A stretch of DNA of 64,000 bases from Candidatus Omnitrophota bacterium (GTDB lineage Bacteria; Omnitrophota; Gorgyraeia; JAGLLT01): contig DAOVJY010000001.1 in assembly GCA_030632085.1 (NCBI GenBank), positions 142,289 through 206,288 on the forward strand, in the 5' to 3' direction. Both the position numbers and the translations under genes were made by a program. Shown piece after piece: positions 10,241-19,398 of this stretch (the first letter of the stretch is position 1; every line of letters starts with the position of its first letter). A model generated the notes under the pieces. The model was not told the DNA's origin. It did not search any database and saw only the letters and a list, made by a program, of their open reading frames with translations.

Positions 10241-11239
10241 CTATTCTTTTAACTTTTTCCTCAATCCAAAAACTCCAAACAACCCCGCGCCTAAGAGTAA
10301 AATGGTCGAGGGTTCAGGGACAGCATAAACGTCTATCCTGTTTATAAAATAATCGCTTTCTTCCATTAACATATCCAAATCATTTATATATCGAGGAAGA
10401 AAAGTATCATACGTATACCAACTGGTCATTGGAGGCACGGCAGATACCGCAGAATGAACACCAAATAGCGTCAACTCCCCGCCCCATAATACAAAGGTTG
10501 GACTGCTAGAATCTCCTCCCACGGCCCCGGCATTATCAGGATAGCCGGGATCTGGACCTAAACGATTGTAGTTTTCCTCGCTACGAAAAAGGGAAGAAGC
10601 ATATAATGTCTGTTCATAGGCATTAGCAGGGCAGTGATAACCAAAACTACCTATTTCATTATTGCGTCCTACCTGCGCGCCTTGGCCATAAAGATATATA
10701 TTACTTTCAACTTGCGCACCGAGAGAGGTTCCCCACCAGTTTACATCATAATAAGGAGAACTTGGATCATCGGTATCCAGAATAGAATAGTGGGAAATCT
10801 TGTCAGCCTCAGACACAGTTTCACTAAGCCAACCAAGGGCAAGATCACAGGGATGAGAACCGAATTCATTAACATTGTCAATAACGCGGGAAGAATATTT
10901 ATTAACTGTATAAGATTTCAGTTGCCCTTCTCTGTTTATGAAGTTAATTGTGTTTCCAGTGGGCACTTTCCAGTGATTGGCGCAAACAAAATGTTGCGGC
11001 GATACCATTGTCACGCTGCGCGATGACATGCCCATGTCCCACCCTACACCCGACCAGTCATATTGTGAAGCAAAAAAATCAGGGTTGTTTACAGGATTAC
11101 CGGCATATGTTCCCGGATTAAACCTGTCATGCCGAGCGGGATTATACCCGTTTATTTGCAGGGCTTGAGCGTTTGCGGAATAACCAATACCCAGAAATAG
11201 TAAGAAAATCGCTGTCCATTTAGGTAAATTCATATACAT
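10241..11239 (-). CDS. PEP-CTERM sorting-signal secreted protein
   Basis: An N-terminal signal peptide is present. The C-terminus VPEPSTILLLGAGLFGVFGLRKKLKE is a VPEP motif followed by a TM helix and a basic tail. Confidence 0.75.
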   Translation of the reverse strand: MYMNLPKWTAIFLLFLGIGYSANAQALQINGYNPARHDRFNPGTYAGNPVNNPDFFASQYDWSGVGWDMGMSSRSVTMVSPQHFVCANHWKVPTGNTINFINREGQLKSYTVNKYSSRVIDNVNEFGSHPCDLALGWLSETVSEADKISHYSILDTDDPSSPYYDVNWWGTSLGAQVESNIYLYGQGAQVGRNNEIGSFGYHCPANAYEQTLYASSLFRSEENYNRLGPDPGYPDNAGAVGGDSSSPTFVLWGGELTLFGVHSAVSAVPPMTSWYTYDTFLPRYINDLDMLMEESDYFINRIDVYAVPEPSTILLLGAGLFGVFGLRKKLKE

Positions 11240-11426
11240 AACTTTCTCCAGTATTAAAAAAACACAAAGAAGTAAACAAAACTATATCAATTATAACAGA
11301 AAGATACAGGTTATCAAGTGGAGAAATTTTTCTTATTTAGGGAATATATTGCTGTATGCTATATAAGCTATTGAAGAAATTTAGGAAATTAGTAGCGTGA
11401 TTGAATGTGTCAATTAAGGGGTACTT

Positions 11427-11448
11427 AAGGGAGGTGACCCCTTTTTAA
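11427..11448 (+). repeat. Family-B hairpin AAGGGAGGTGACCCCTTTTTAA
   Basis: 17 nt from the RRM2 stop. Family-B copies at 13139-13160, 24396-24415 and 25136-25158 read AAGGGAGTTGACCCCTTTTT. Confidence 0.85.
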
Positions 11449-11465
11449 TTTCCTTTTTAATTTTG

Positions 11466-11714
11466 CTATGCCTTTTTGTCTTCAGCTTTTTTAACACGGA
11501 TTTTATTGCTGGCAACTTTCTTATTGTTCAAGCTTTTTATCGCAAATTTGGCTTCTTCTGGTTTCAGCATTTCAACAAAACCAAAACCCTTGGATCCACC
11601 GGTGGATTTATCTAACACCAAATCACAAGATTGTACGGCGCCATATTCTTCAAAGAGAACTTTTAATTCTTCTTCGGTAGTACTACGAGCAAGATTAAGA
11701 ATTATTAATTTCAT
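11466..11714 (-). CDS. RRM-domain RNA-binding protein (short, no Gly tail)
   Basis: LIILNLARS (RNP2) and KGFGFVEM (RNP1) motifs are present. It is a paralog of the gene at 7785..8201. Confidence 0.8.
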   Translation of the reverse strand: MKLIILNLARSTTEEELKVLFEEYGAVQSCDLVLDKSTGGSKGFGFVEMLKPEEAKFAIKSLNNKKVASNKIRVKKAEDKKA

Positions 11715-11757
11715 AAGTTAATACCCCTTTAAGTATCTAGTGATTCCACAGTATCGT

Positions 11758-11777
11758 AAAAAGGGGTCTGTCCCCTT
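11758..11777 (+). repeat. Family-A hairpin, perfect-stem variant
   Basis: It lies between the stop of 11834..12148 and the RRM2 start. Confidence 0.85.
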
Positions 11778-11833
11778 ATTCGAGTGGAAACCCTTCATTA
11801 TTGATTTGAGTTTTAACAGTTACTATTATGGTG

Positions 11834-12148
11834 TCAATATTCATTTGCTTCAGTATATGCTGCGTTTATGCCCTCTTTATAATATTGAACGATTTCACTA
11901 TTCAAATCTGCCTTAGTTTGAGTTGTCAAAGCACAATGTAAATCTGACCATATAGTATAAAGATATCCGGCAGATATTCTTAAATTTGACCACCCTTCAT
12001 TGTAATATCCTTTGTCAATATAAGAACTATTTTGAAAGTATTTCTTCCTGAAACTTGCTAATTTTCGGTTCCAACTATGAGACCATTCCAACCAGTCTTT
12101 TTCGTACATTACAAAATTATTTTCTTTGGTACTGTACTTATGAATCAA
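11834..12148 (-). CDS. Hypothetical protein (W/Y-rich), TTG start
   Basis: ORF-track ORF. Manual extension (my base indexing was not exact) suggests the frame stays open about 230 nt further upstream without an ATG. Confidence 0.35.
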   Translation of the reverse strand: MIHKYSTKENNFVMYEKDWLEWSHSWNRKLASFRKKYFQNSSYIDKGYYNEGWSNLRISAGYLYTIWSDLHCALTTQTKADLNSEIVQYYKEGINAAYTEANEY

Positions 12149-12339
12149 ATCATTATAAAAAAATTCTAGTTCATTAATTGCAACAAAAAGTTCCTTTTTC
12201 TCTGGGTCATGTTTTTTAATGTTTTCTTCTAGATTTTTAACGTAGTTTTTACTGGGAAAGATAAAAGTATTGGAATCTGCTTCTATTGTATTAAACTGGT
12301 AATTTCTGAAATCAATTTGTTTAGTATAAGAATCTATTT

Positions 12340-12999
12340 TTATATTTTCTCCATATTTTCCAATTTTTTCATAGATGTTTTTTCCTCATTTGTCATTTTG
12401 TAATTTTTAATCACAAATTTTTTGTCAAAATACCATTGACTACCAGTGTACAAATGTAGTTGATATATACCTTGAGGAAGAAATTTATTATCACGGGTTC
12501 GCATTTCAATAAAACCTTTTAATCGACCAGCTTCTACTTTAATTTTATTAGTATCTGTTGCTATATATTTATTGGTTGGTTTCAAGTTAGCCTCTTGTAC
12601 ATTAATAAAAAACTCTAAACCATTTGGTAGATCTGTTTCAATAAGAAATTCTATTTTGTCAAAGCTTGTTTGCTCTACATTGACAAAATTTAACATAGTG
12701 AAAGGTTTTTTGCATTGTTTTTCTTGTTTTTTAACATTGTCTATTTTGTAATCAATTGTCTTTACTTTTTTTGTGGCTACAGAAGGTGGTAAATTGGCTG
12801 AATAAACAATAATACTTACAAAAGTAGTGACTATTGTAGATAAAAAGCAAACTTTAAAAACTCGTCCACGAGTCCGATGTTTCTTATTGCCCCACCACAA
12901 AACAAGTTTAGGACTTAGCATTCCTAAAATGAATGCGAAAAATAAAAAAATATATACATGCACCGTATAGTTGGCAATTGTATATCTTATATCTTCCAT
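12340..12999 (-). CDS. Membrane-anchored hypothetical protein
   Basis: Two N-terminal TM helices precede a soluble domain. No family was recognised. Confidence 0.4.
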   Translation of the reverse strand: MEDIRYTIANYTVHVYIFLFFAFILGMLSPKLVLWWGNKKHRTRGRVFKVCFLSTIVTTFVSIIVYSANLPPSVATKKVKTIDYKIDNVKKQEKQCKKPFTMLNFVNVEQTSFDKIEFLIETDLPNGLEFFINVQEANLKPTNKYIATDTNKIKVEAGRLKGFIEMRTRDNKFLPQGIYQLHLYTGSQWYFDKKFVIKNYKMTNEEKTSMKKLENMEKI

Positions 13000-13138
13000 T
13001 TTAACCCTCCATTTACTATGTCATAAAAACGAAATCACCAGTCGAAAAGCGCAGCTTTTTAGTCAGTTGGATTAGTTTGTTAGGATTTTTCTGTTTCTTC
13101 TACTTTTAATATTTCTTCGTTTTTTTTAGGGATCTATT

Positions 13139-13188
13139 AAGGGAGTTGACCCCTTTTTAATTTTAGAATTAAAGGGGTCTGTCCCCTT
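13139..13188 (+). repeat. Tandem family-B plus family-A hairpins followed by (CCTTAT)n
   Basis: B at 13139-13160, A at 13171-13188, then CGTCCCCTTATCCTTATCCTTATCC. Confidence 0.85.
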
Positions 13189-13231
13189 ATCGTCCCCTTA
13201 TCCTTATCCTTATCCATTCTTATAATTACAC

Positions 13232-13699
13232 TTAGAAATTCGTCGTTTTACTTAATTTATTAATTAATTTTTCTGAATTTATTACTTTGAATCTTTGTCC
13301 CAATGTGTTTTCAAACCAAAAATTTACATGATCGGATTCATTTCCTTCCGGATCAATAATATGTAAATCTTCCAAATAGACAGAGGTTTCATATTTTTCA
13401 TGTTCACCCAATCTGACCCCTTTTCCCTCTTTACCTATATGCGTTCCACAGTAACCACCTTCGCTCAAATTTCCACCAAACATAGTCAAGATTACCGGTC
13501 TCCTACCGCAATTCACAATTTTAATAGCTATATGAGCACGATCATAACTAGAATTATAAGGGTAAAATTTAGCATGTGTTTTTAAATGGGCCCTGTCACG
13601 AAATCCAAAATAACCCGATATCGCTATGCTTGTAATAGAAATTATTAGTGCAGCTATTGAAACATAATCAGATATCTGCATATTTTTTTCTCCTAACAT
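13232..13699 (-). CDS. Hypothetical protein with N-terminal TM anchor
   Basis: 155 aa. The RBS leader TTAGGAGAAAAAAATATG is shared with other cassette genes. Confidence 0.4.
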   Translation of the reverse strand: MLGEKNMQISDYVSIAALIISITSIAISGYFGFRDRAHLKTHAKFYPYNSSYDRAHIAIKIVNCGRRPVILTMFGGNLSEGGYCGTHIGKEGKGVRLGEHEKYETSVYLEDLHIIDPEGNESDHVNFWFENTLGQRFKVINSEKLINKLSKTTNF

Positions 13700-13844
13700 T
13701 CATGTATACCTGCCATTAGCCAAGCTTGATAGAACGCAGAAAAAGGGCAGGTGTAGTGCATTGTTAAATGTTTTTTAAATTTATTTGTTAATTGAAATGC
13801 TGAAAAATTAAAATCAGTTTTTTTCTTTTGAGGCACCCCTTCTT

Positions 13845-14315
13845 TTATCTCTTTTTACTAGGCTGAACTATCGTATTATAATCTTTTTCATCTATAGGAA
13901 TGATAGTCTTATTCTTAAATGCCATCCCAACATTGGGAGCAGATCTAACAAAATCCAAATTATCTCTTAAATTCTTTGTCCAAAAAACTGGAGGGTCCCA
14001 AATAGATTCAATCTTGAAGTCAATCTCAAATGGCCGATATTTATTATCACCTCTTGGCGCTCTTGTAGGTTCATGGGGTTCTCTTGTAATAATCGCCTCC
14101 CCAGAGAAATACTTCACTTTTTTGCTTTTATCGCTAATATAAAATAATATTTTATCTCCACTTCTTATCTTATTAATATGTGAATCAGTGCCAAGCTGCC
14201 AACTTTGATCTTTTTGTAGCTGTTTAAAACTACTTTCAGCATTATCAGCAATGTGTGGCAGAATCCAATATCTATTAGAATAGCCGTTCATAATCCACCT
14301 CCGCTTAATTTTCAT
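13845..14315 (-). CDS. Hypothetical protein, possibly PUA-like (EVE/ASCH-type) fold
   Basis: The RYWIL...W motif near the N-terminus is weakly similar. This is a low-confidence assignment. Confidence 0.3.
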   Translation of the reverse strand: MKIKRRWIMNGYSNRYWILPHIADNAESSFKQLQKDQSWQLGTDSHINKIRSGDKILFYISDKSKKVKYFSGEAIITREPHEPTRAPRGDNKYRPFEIDFKIESIWDPPVFWTKNLRDNLDFVRSAPNVGMAFKNKTIIPIDEKDYNTIVQPSKKR

Positions 14316-14364
14316 TATTTATCTAACGATTGAGCTCACCTGCCGCCGAACGAAGTGAGGGAAC

Positions 14365-14383
14365 AAAAACGCCGCGCGTTTTT
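14365..14383. terminator. Palindromic hairpin AAAAACGCCGCGCGTTTTT, a bidirectional terminator candidate
   Basis: Immediately 3' of the serine-protease gene. It is embedded in a CACCTGC...GCAGGTG outer inverted repeat. Confidence 0.5.
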
Positions 14384-14419
14384 GCGGTCAGGTGCAGCGT
14401 TTGGTTGAGCAAAACTTCT

Positions 14420-15313
14420 TTATTTTGTATGTGCCATATCTATTGTCTCCGCAATATAGAAAGCCGGAAGAATTGCTGCGAATTTTCCTCCAGTTGGATC
14501 ATTAAAAGTTCCATGCACTATTCCCACGCAATTAAAAGCCCCTTGTCCAGAAGACATAACCCCAATTTTTACACTTGAAAGTTTAAATACGGGAGCTCCA
14601 CTAAATCCAGCAACGCTTGGGTCATCCAAAATAAAGAATGAAGCTTCAGTATTATTATCAAATCTAGAATGTCTGAATAAAGCGCTAGCAGGGTGTGCTA
14701 CTTTCACTATTGGAGAGAATTTACCTTTGACACCCAATTCAAGAGGAAAACCAACTGTAGTCAAAAAGATATCTAAATTAGGAGCTGAATTCTCAATTGC
14801 AAGTTGGTCATATGAAACGGCACGTATTGCTGCTCTAAAATTCTCGGGAGGTGAAATCGGTAATACAGCAATATCAGCTTCATTATGCAATATCCATTTT
14901 GGTGCTTGCATACCAGCAAGTTCTGATAGATTGTAGGTAAGTGGTATACCATTAGCTCCATATACCGTTGCCTTAGAATCAAAAGGTATTCCATTGGAAA
15001 CATGACTTGCCGTTACAAGATACAAATTCGGCCCTTTGGACACAAAAAAACCTGACCCTGATGTAATTAAGTTTAGTGGCTCAGGATTTGTCTTGGTTTT
15101 TTTTATCCAGACTTCCACCTCTTCTCCATTAATTGTTGTCTTCTTTACTCCTTGATGTCCCTGAAGAAACACCACTGCAGGAAAAACATCGTGAGCGGTT
15201 TGAGACAAAACTTCCGTCGGGGCTGAAAGAAGACAGATTAGTATCAACATCATCCATAATGAATATCTTCCAACCATTTTAATCCTCCTGATCATCATAT
15301 TTGTGTCCAACAA
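14420..15313 (-). CDS. Secreted trypsin-like (S1/S1B-type) serine protease
   Basis: Signal peptide present. GSGFFV...LVTASHV contains the His motif and GFSGAPVF is the GxSGxP Ser motif. Confidence 0.7.
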   Translation of the reverse strand: MLDTNMMIRRIKMVGRYSLWMMLILICLLSAPTEVLSQTAHDVFPAVVFLQGHQGVKKTTINGEEVEVWIKKTKTNPEPLNLITSGSGFFVSKGPNLYLVTASHVSNGIPFDSKATVYGANGIPLTYNLSELAGMQAPKWILHNEADIAVLPISPPENFRAAIRAVSYDQLAIENSAPNLDIFLTTVGFPLELGVKGKFSPIVKVAHPASALFRHSRFDNNTEASFFILDDPSVAGFSGAPVFKLSSVKIGVMSSGQGAFNCVGIVHGTFNDPTGGKFAAILPAFYIAETIDMAHTK

Positions 15314-15461
15314 TTAATATATGGAATAGGTATTTTCTGGATATTTAATATCATACACATTTATATTACACCATCTGTTTAAATTTACAAGTTCATTTTT
15401 TTGCTTATATTCCGCATTTTATCCATAATATAAGGATATACGAAGTTCACAAATTAATCTA

Positions 15462-16193
15462 TCAATACCCAACCCTAACCAATACCAACCCACAGGCTTT
15501 GGCTGTGGGGCCAGCTTTGTTTCTGTCTTTGGTTTTGATTAATTCTTTAATAGTTCCTTTGGGGAATTTACCTCTTCCTATTTCAATAAGAGTTCCTATT
15601 ATATTTCTGACCATATTGTACAAAAAACCATTTCCTTCTATGGTGAAATATAGTTTATTTCCTTTTTTAGTAAAATTTGCTTTTGAGATAATGCGAACGG
15701 TATCCTTAGCCCTTCTTCCTGAGGCCTCAAAGCATTTAAAATCATGCTTGCCTAATAAATCTTTGGCTTCTTTTTTCATGAGGGGTAAATTAAGTTTATA
15801 AGGAATGTAGTTATAGTAATATCTTTCAAAAACACCCGGCTCTGTTAATGAAATTTGATACCTATAGGTCTTTTTCTTGGCGGAGAACCTGGCATGAAAG
15901 TCCTTATCAACTTTAGAAACACTTTTTATCCTGATATCTTTATCCAGAAGTGAATTAAGGGCTTTTTTAATTATGGGGGGTTTTATTATTGAGGTAGTTT
16001 TGAAGCTTGCAACCTGGCCTAAAGCATGAACTCCGGCATCTGTTCTGCCGGAGCCGTTAATCTTTATTTTTTCATTTAATATTTTACTTAATCTTCTTTC
16101 TATTTCCTGCTGGATGGTTTTTTGATGAGGTTGGATTTGCCAACCGGAGTAATGTGTACCATCATATTCTATTATAAGCTTGAAATTAGTCAT
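15462..16193 (-). CDS. truA: tRNA pseudouridine(38-40) synthase
   Basis: IEYDGTHYSGWQ and GSGRTDAGVHALGQV motifs are present. Confidence 0.9.
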   Translation of the reverse strand: MTNFKLIIEYDGTHYSGWQIQPHQKTIQQEIERRLSKILNEKIKINGSGRTDAGVHALGQVASFKTTSIIKPPIIKKALNSLLDKDIRIKSVSKVDKDFHARFSAKKKTYRYQISLTEPGVFERYYYNYIPYKLNLPLMKKEAKDLLGKHDFKCFEASGRRAKDTVRIISKANFTKKGNKLYFTIEGNGFLYNMVRNIIGTLIEIGRGKFPKGTIKELIKTKDRNKAGPTAKACGLVLVRVGY

Positions 16194-17190
16194 CTTTGAT
16201 TAATGCTTCTGCTATCTGCACGGCATTTAAGGCCGCACCCTTTCTGAGGTTATCAGCTACTACCCAGAGCCAAAGGCCTTCAGGCACAAAGGGATCCTTA
16301 CGAATACGTCCCACAAAGACATCATCAGTTCCTTCTGATTGATATGGCATAGGATAGCGTCCACCCTTTATATCATCAACCACTTTTACTCCCGGCTGAT
16401 TATTTAAAACCTCTCTCACCTCTTCAACTGAAAGCGGCCTCTCGGTTTCTATATAGATAGACTCGCTGTGCCCGGTCTTAACCGGCACTCTGATAGCGGT
16501 GGCTGAAATCTTAATATCATTATCATGAAGTATCTTATGAGTTTCATGGACAAGCTTCCATTCTTCCGAAGTATAGTCTAGTTCAGTAAATCCGCCTATT
16601 TGAGGAATAACATTAAAAGCTATTCTTTTACTTAAGGCCTTAATAGTTAAGTCTTTGCCATCAAGAAATTCAGCAGTCTGGCTATAAAGTTCATCACAAG
16701 CGCCTTGACCGGCACCTGAAGCCGCTTGATAGGTGCTGGCAATAATCCTCTTTATTTTAGATAGCTTATAAATAGGACTTAAAGCCACGACCATCTGAAT
16801 GGTTGAGCAGTTAGGATTTGAGATAATACCTTTATTGTTTTTAACATCAGCCGCGTTTACTTCGGTGACGACTAAAGGCACATCATCCTTAAGCCTGAAG
16901 TCAGCTCCATTATCTATGACTACCGCCCCTTCTTTTACCGCAGTTGGCGCGTAAGTAACTGAAGCTCCCTTCTCACCTTCGGTGCCGGCAAACAAGGCTA
17001 TCTCAATACCCTTGAAGGAATCATGGCTAATAGACTCCACCTGGTATTTAAAACCATCAAGCTCCATCTCCCGGGCACTTCTGGCTAAAACTTTCAGGGA
17101 TGCAATAGGAAAATTTCTCTCTTTAAGAATTCTTAAGATTTCTTTTCCAACGGCTCCAACGCCGACTACACATAGCTTATATTGTTTCAT
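16186..17190 (-). CDS. asd: Aspartate-semialdehyde dehydrogenase
   Basis: NAD-binding VVGVGAVG motif and the active-site NCSTIQMVVAL motif are present. Confidence 0.9.
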   Translation of the reverse strand: MKQYKLCVVGVGAVGKEILRILKERNFPIASLKVLARSAREMELDGFKYQVESISHDSFKGIEIALFAGTEGEKGASVTYAPTAVKEGAVVIDNGADFRLKDDVPLVVTEVNAADVKNNKGIISNPNCSTIQMVVALSPIYKLSKIKRIIASTYQAASGAGQGACDELYSQTAEFLDGKDLTIKALSKRIAFNVIPQIGGFTELDYTSEEWKLVHETHKILHDNDIKISATAIRVPVKTGHSESIYIETERPLSVEEVREVLNNQPGVKVVDDIKGGRYPMPYQSEGTDDVFVGRIRKDPFVPEGLWLWVVADNLRKGAALNAVQIAEALIKDD

Positions 17191-17270
17191 GTGTTTATCC
17201 TTTTATTAGCTCATAGTTCATAGTTATTAGCTCATAGCAAAAAATAAAAATCAAAAAAAGCTGATAGTTC

Positions 17271-17648
17271 TTAGTTGATAGTCTTTTTGATAGATTTTAT
17301 TAAACTTGAGAGCATTTTACCTATTTGACTACCAAAAACTTTTAATTCATTAAGCTGAGTTTCATTAATCCAATTCTTTTTTTGAAATATTATTAACAAA
17401 GCAATAGTCTCATACAAAGAACCACGAGCAAAATACAAAAACCGAATAAATTCTTTTTTTGAATATCGACCTTTACCTTCTGCTATATTCAGCGCTATTG
17501 ATGCGGTACAAGCTTCCAAATTTTCAATTAATCTGAAATGTTTTCTATCTGTATCAAGCTCGTCAATAGTGCCGATGACTTCTTCAGCGAAATTAACCGA
17601 CTTTTGCCAGACATCTAAATCTTCAAAACTAAATTTTGGGTTATCCAT
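17271..17648 (-). CDS. Four-helix-bundle protein (23S rRNA intervening-sequence protein / Avd-like family)
   Basis: DLDVWQKSVNFAEEV...RFLYFARGSLYE signature is present. The gene is flanked by inverted repeats at 17208-17238 and 17665-17695. Confidence 0.8.
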   Translation of the reverse strand: MDNPKFSFEDLDVWQKSVNFAEEVIGTIDELDTDRKHFRLIENLEACTASIALNIAEGKGRYSKKEFIRFLYFARGSLYETIALLIIFQKKNWINETQLNELKVFGSQIGKMLSSLIKSIKKTIN

Positions 17649-17691
17649 CTTTTTTGCTTGTCCCCATCAGCCATCAGCTATGAGCCATGAA

Positions 17692-18741
17692 CTATTTCAA
17701 ATTTTTAACTACTAAATCGCCGACTTCCTGGGTGGAATAACCCATCTTACCGGCTGATAAACTCTTTAACTGAGTAGTTGTTTTCATAACTGAAGCCTCA
17801 ACAGCTTTACCGGCTTCTTCCTCGCCTATATTTTCCAAAAGCATTCCCGCCGCGCAAATAGCAGCCAGAGGATTAATTACACTTTTACCTGTGTATTTGG
17901 GAGCAGAACCGCCAATGGGCTCAAACATCGAAACACCCTCGGGATTAATGTTGCCACCCGCAGCAATTCCCATGCCGCCCTGAATCATAGCCCCTAAGTC
18001 GGTTATAATATCCCCGAACATATTATCGGTGACAATAACATCGAACCATTCGGGATTTTTAATCATCCACATACAAGTGGCATCCACATGAGCATAATCT
18101 GTTTTTACATCAGGATAATTAGCAGCTAATTTGTTAAAGGTTCTTTCCCACAAGTCCCAAGCATAAGTTAGAACGTTTGTCTTTCCACAAAGAGTAAGCT
18201 TCTTTTCTTTATTTCTCTTCTGGGTGTATTCATAAGCATATCGAAGGCAGCGCTCAACTCCTTTATAGGAATTTCTAGATACCTGAATTGCGACTTCTTC
18301 TTCAGTGCCTTTATTTATAAATTCACCTTCACCTACATAAAGGCCTTCTGTGTTTTCTCTGACGACCACGAAGTCAATATCCTCAGGGCCCTTATCCTTT
18401 AAGGGAGATAAAACTCCGGGATATAACTTAACCGGCCTTAGATTAATGTACTGGTCTAATGAAAATCTTAACTTTAACAATAAACCCTTCTCTAAAATAC
18501 CGGGCTTAACATCAGGATGGCCTACAGCTCCTAAATATATCGCATCAAAGCCCCTTAATTCTTCTATGGCTGAATCAGCTAAGACTTCACCTGTTTTCAT
18601 ATATCTTTCGCCGCCGAAGTCGTAATTGGCTAACTCATACTTAAAGCCTTTTTTAGAAGCTATGGCTTCTAAGACCTTTAAGCCCTCAGCTACTACTTCC
18701 GGCCCTGTGCCGTCTCCCGGGATAACTGCTATCTTGTACAT
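17692..18741 (-). CDS. leuB: 3-isopropylmalate dehydrogenase
   Basis: The N-terminus [13 protein letters not shown] and the IDH/IMDH family fold are present, in a leu operon context. Confidence 0.85.
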   Translation of the reverse strand: MYKIAVIPGDGTGPEVVAEGLKVLEAIASKKGFKYELANYDFGGERYMKTGEVLADSAIEELRGFDAIYLGAVGHPDVKPGILEKGLLLKLRFSLDQYINLRPVKLYPGVLSPLKDKGPEDIDFVVVRENTEGLYVGEGEFINKGTEEEVAIQVSRNSYKGVERCLRYAYEYTQKRNKEKKLTLCGKTNVLTYAWDLWERTFNKLAANYPDVKTDYAHVDATCMWMIKNPEWFDVIVTDNMFGDIITDLGAMIQGGMGIAAGGNINPEGVSMFEPIGGSAPKYTGKSVINPLAAICAAGMLLENIGEEEAGKAVEASVMKTTTQLKSLSAGKMGYSTQEVGDLVVKNLK

Positions 18742-18759
18742 TTTTTTCTCCTGTTGATT

Positions 18760-18903
18760 AAACTCTAAATTCTAATATCTAAATCCTAAATAAATTACAA
18801 ATTCTAATTTCAAAATTACAAAACAAAACAACTAATAACCGTTTTGAGTTTGGAGCATTTGAGTTTTGATATTACTTAGTATTTAGTGCTTAGTGTTTAG
18901 AAT
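18760..18903. repeat. ~145-bp imperfect palindromic element (CTAAATCCTAAA...TTTAGGATTT-like arms) between leuD and leuB
   Basis: The arms are homologous to the element at 40125-40285 (TAAATTACAAATTC, TTAGTATTTRGTGCTTAGT, TTAGRATTT). Confidence 0.6.
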
Positions 18904-19398
18904 TTATTTTTTTAGTGTCGCCATCAGGCCGCCGGCATCCATCACAGACTCAATGAACTTCGGAAACGGCTCTGTTTTATAAGTTTCATTTTTAGTTAAA
19001 TTTGTAATAATCCCTTTAGTTAAATCAACTTCCAGCTTGTCATGCTCTTTTATCTTATCCGCTTCAGGGCATTCTAAAATAGGTAATCCCATATTAATAC
19101 TGTTTCTAAAGAATATCCTGGCAAAACTCTTAGCTATAACACAGCTAATACCGCAGCCTTTAATGGCCATAGGAGCATGTTCTCTTGAAGAGCCACAGCC
19201 GAAGTTCTTTTTGGCAACTATAATGTCACCCTTAATGAGATTTTTATGAAAATCCTTTTTCTTATCTATAAAGCAGTATTTCGCAAGTTCTACGGCATCT
19301 GTCATATGTAAATGTTTAGCCGCAATAATCTCATCTGTATTTATATCATCTCCGAAAAGATGGGCTTTACCAGTTAAAACAAATTTATCTTTTTTCAT
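18904..19398 (-). CDS. leuD: 3-isopropylmalate dehydratase small subunit (short archaeal-type)
   Basis: LeuD/aconitase swivel domain, coupled to leuC by a 4-nt overlap. Confidence 0.85.
   Translation of the reverse strand: MKKDKFVLTGKAHLFGDDINTDEIIAAKHLHMTDAVELAKYCFIDKKKDFHKNLIKGDIIVAKKNFGCGSSREHAPMAIKGCGISCVIAKSFARIFFRNSINMGLPILECPEADKIKEHDKLEVDLTKGIITNLTKNETYKTEPFPKFIESVMDAGGLMATLKK

Noticed and set aside
15485-15505. CCCACAGGCTTTGGCTGTGGG hairpin resembling a terminator
   Set aside because: It lies inside the truA coding sequence (it encodes ...AKACGL...), so it is not an intergenic terminator.
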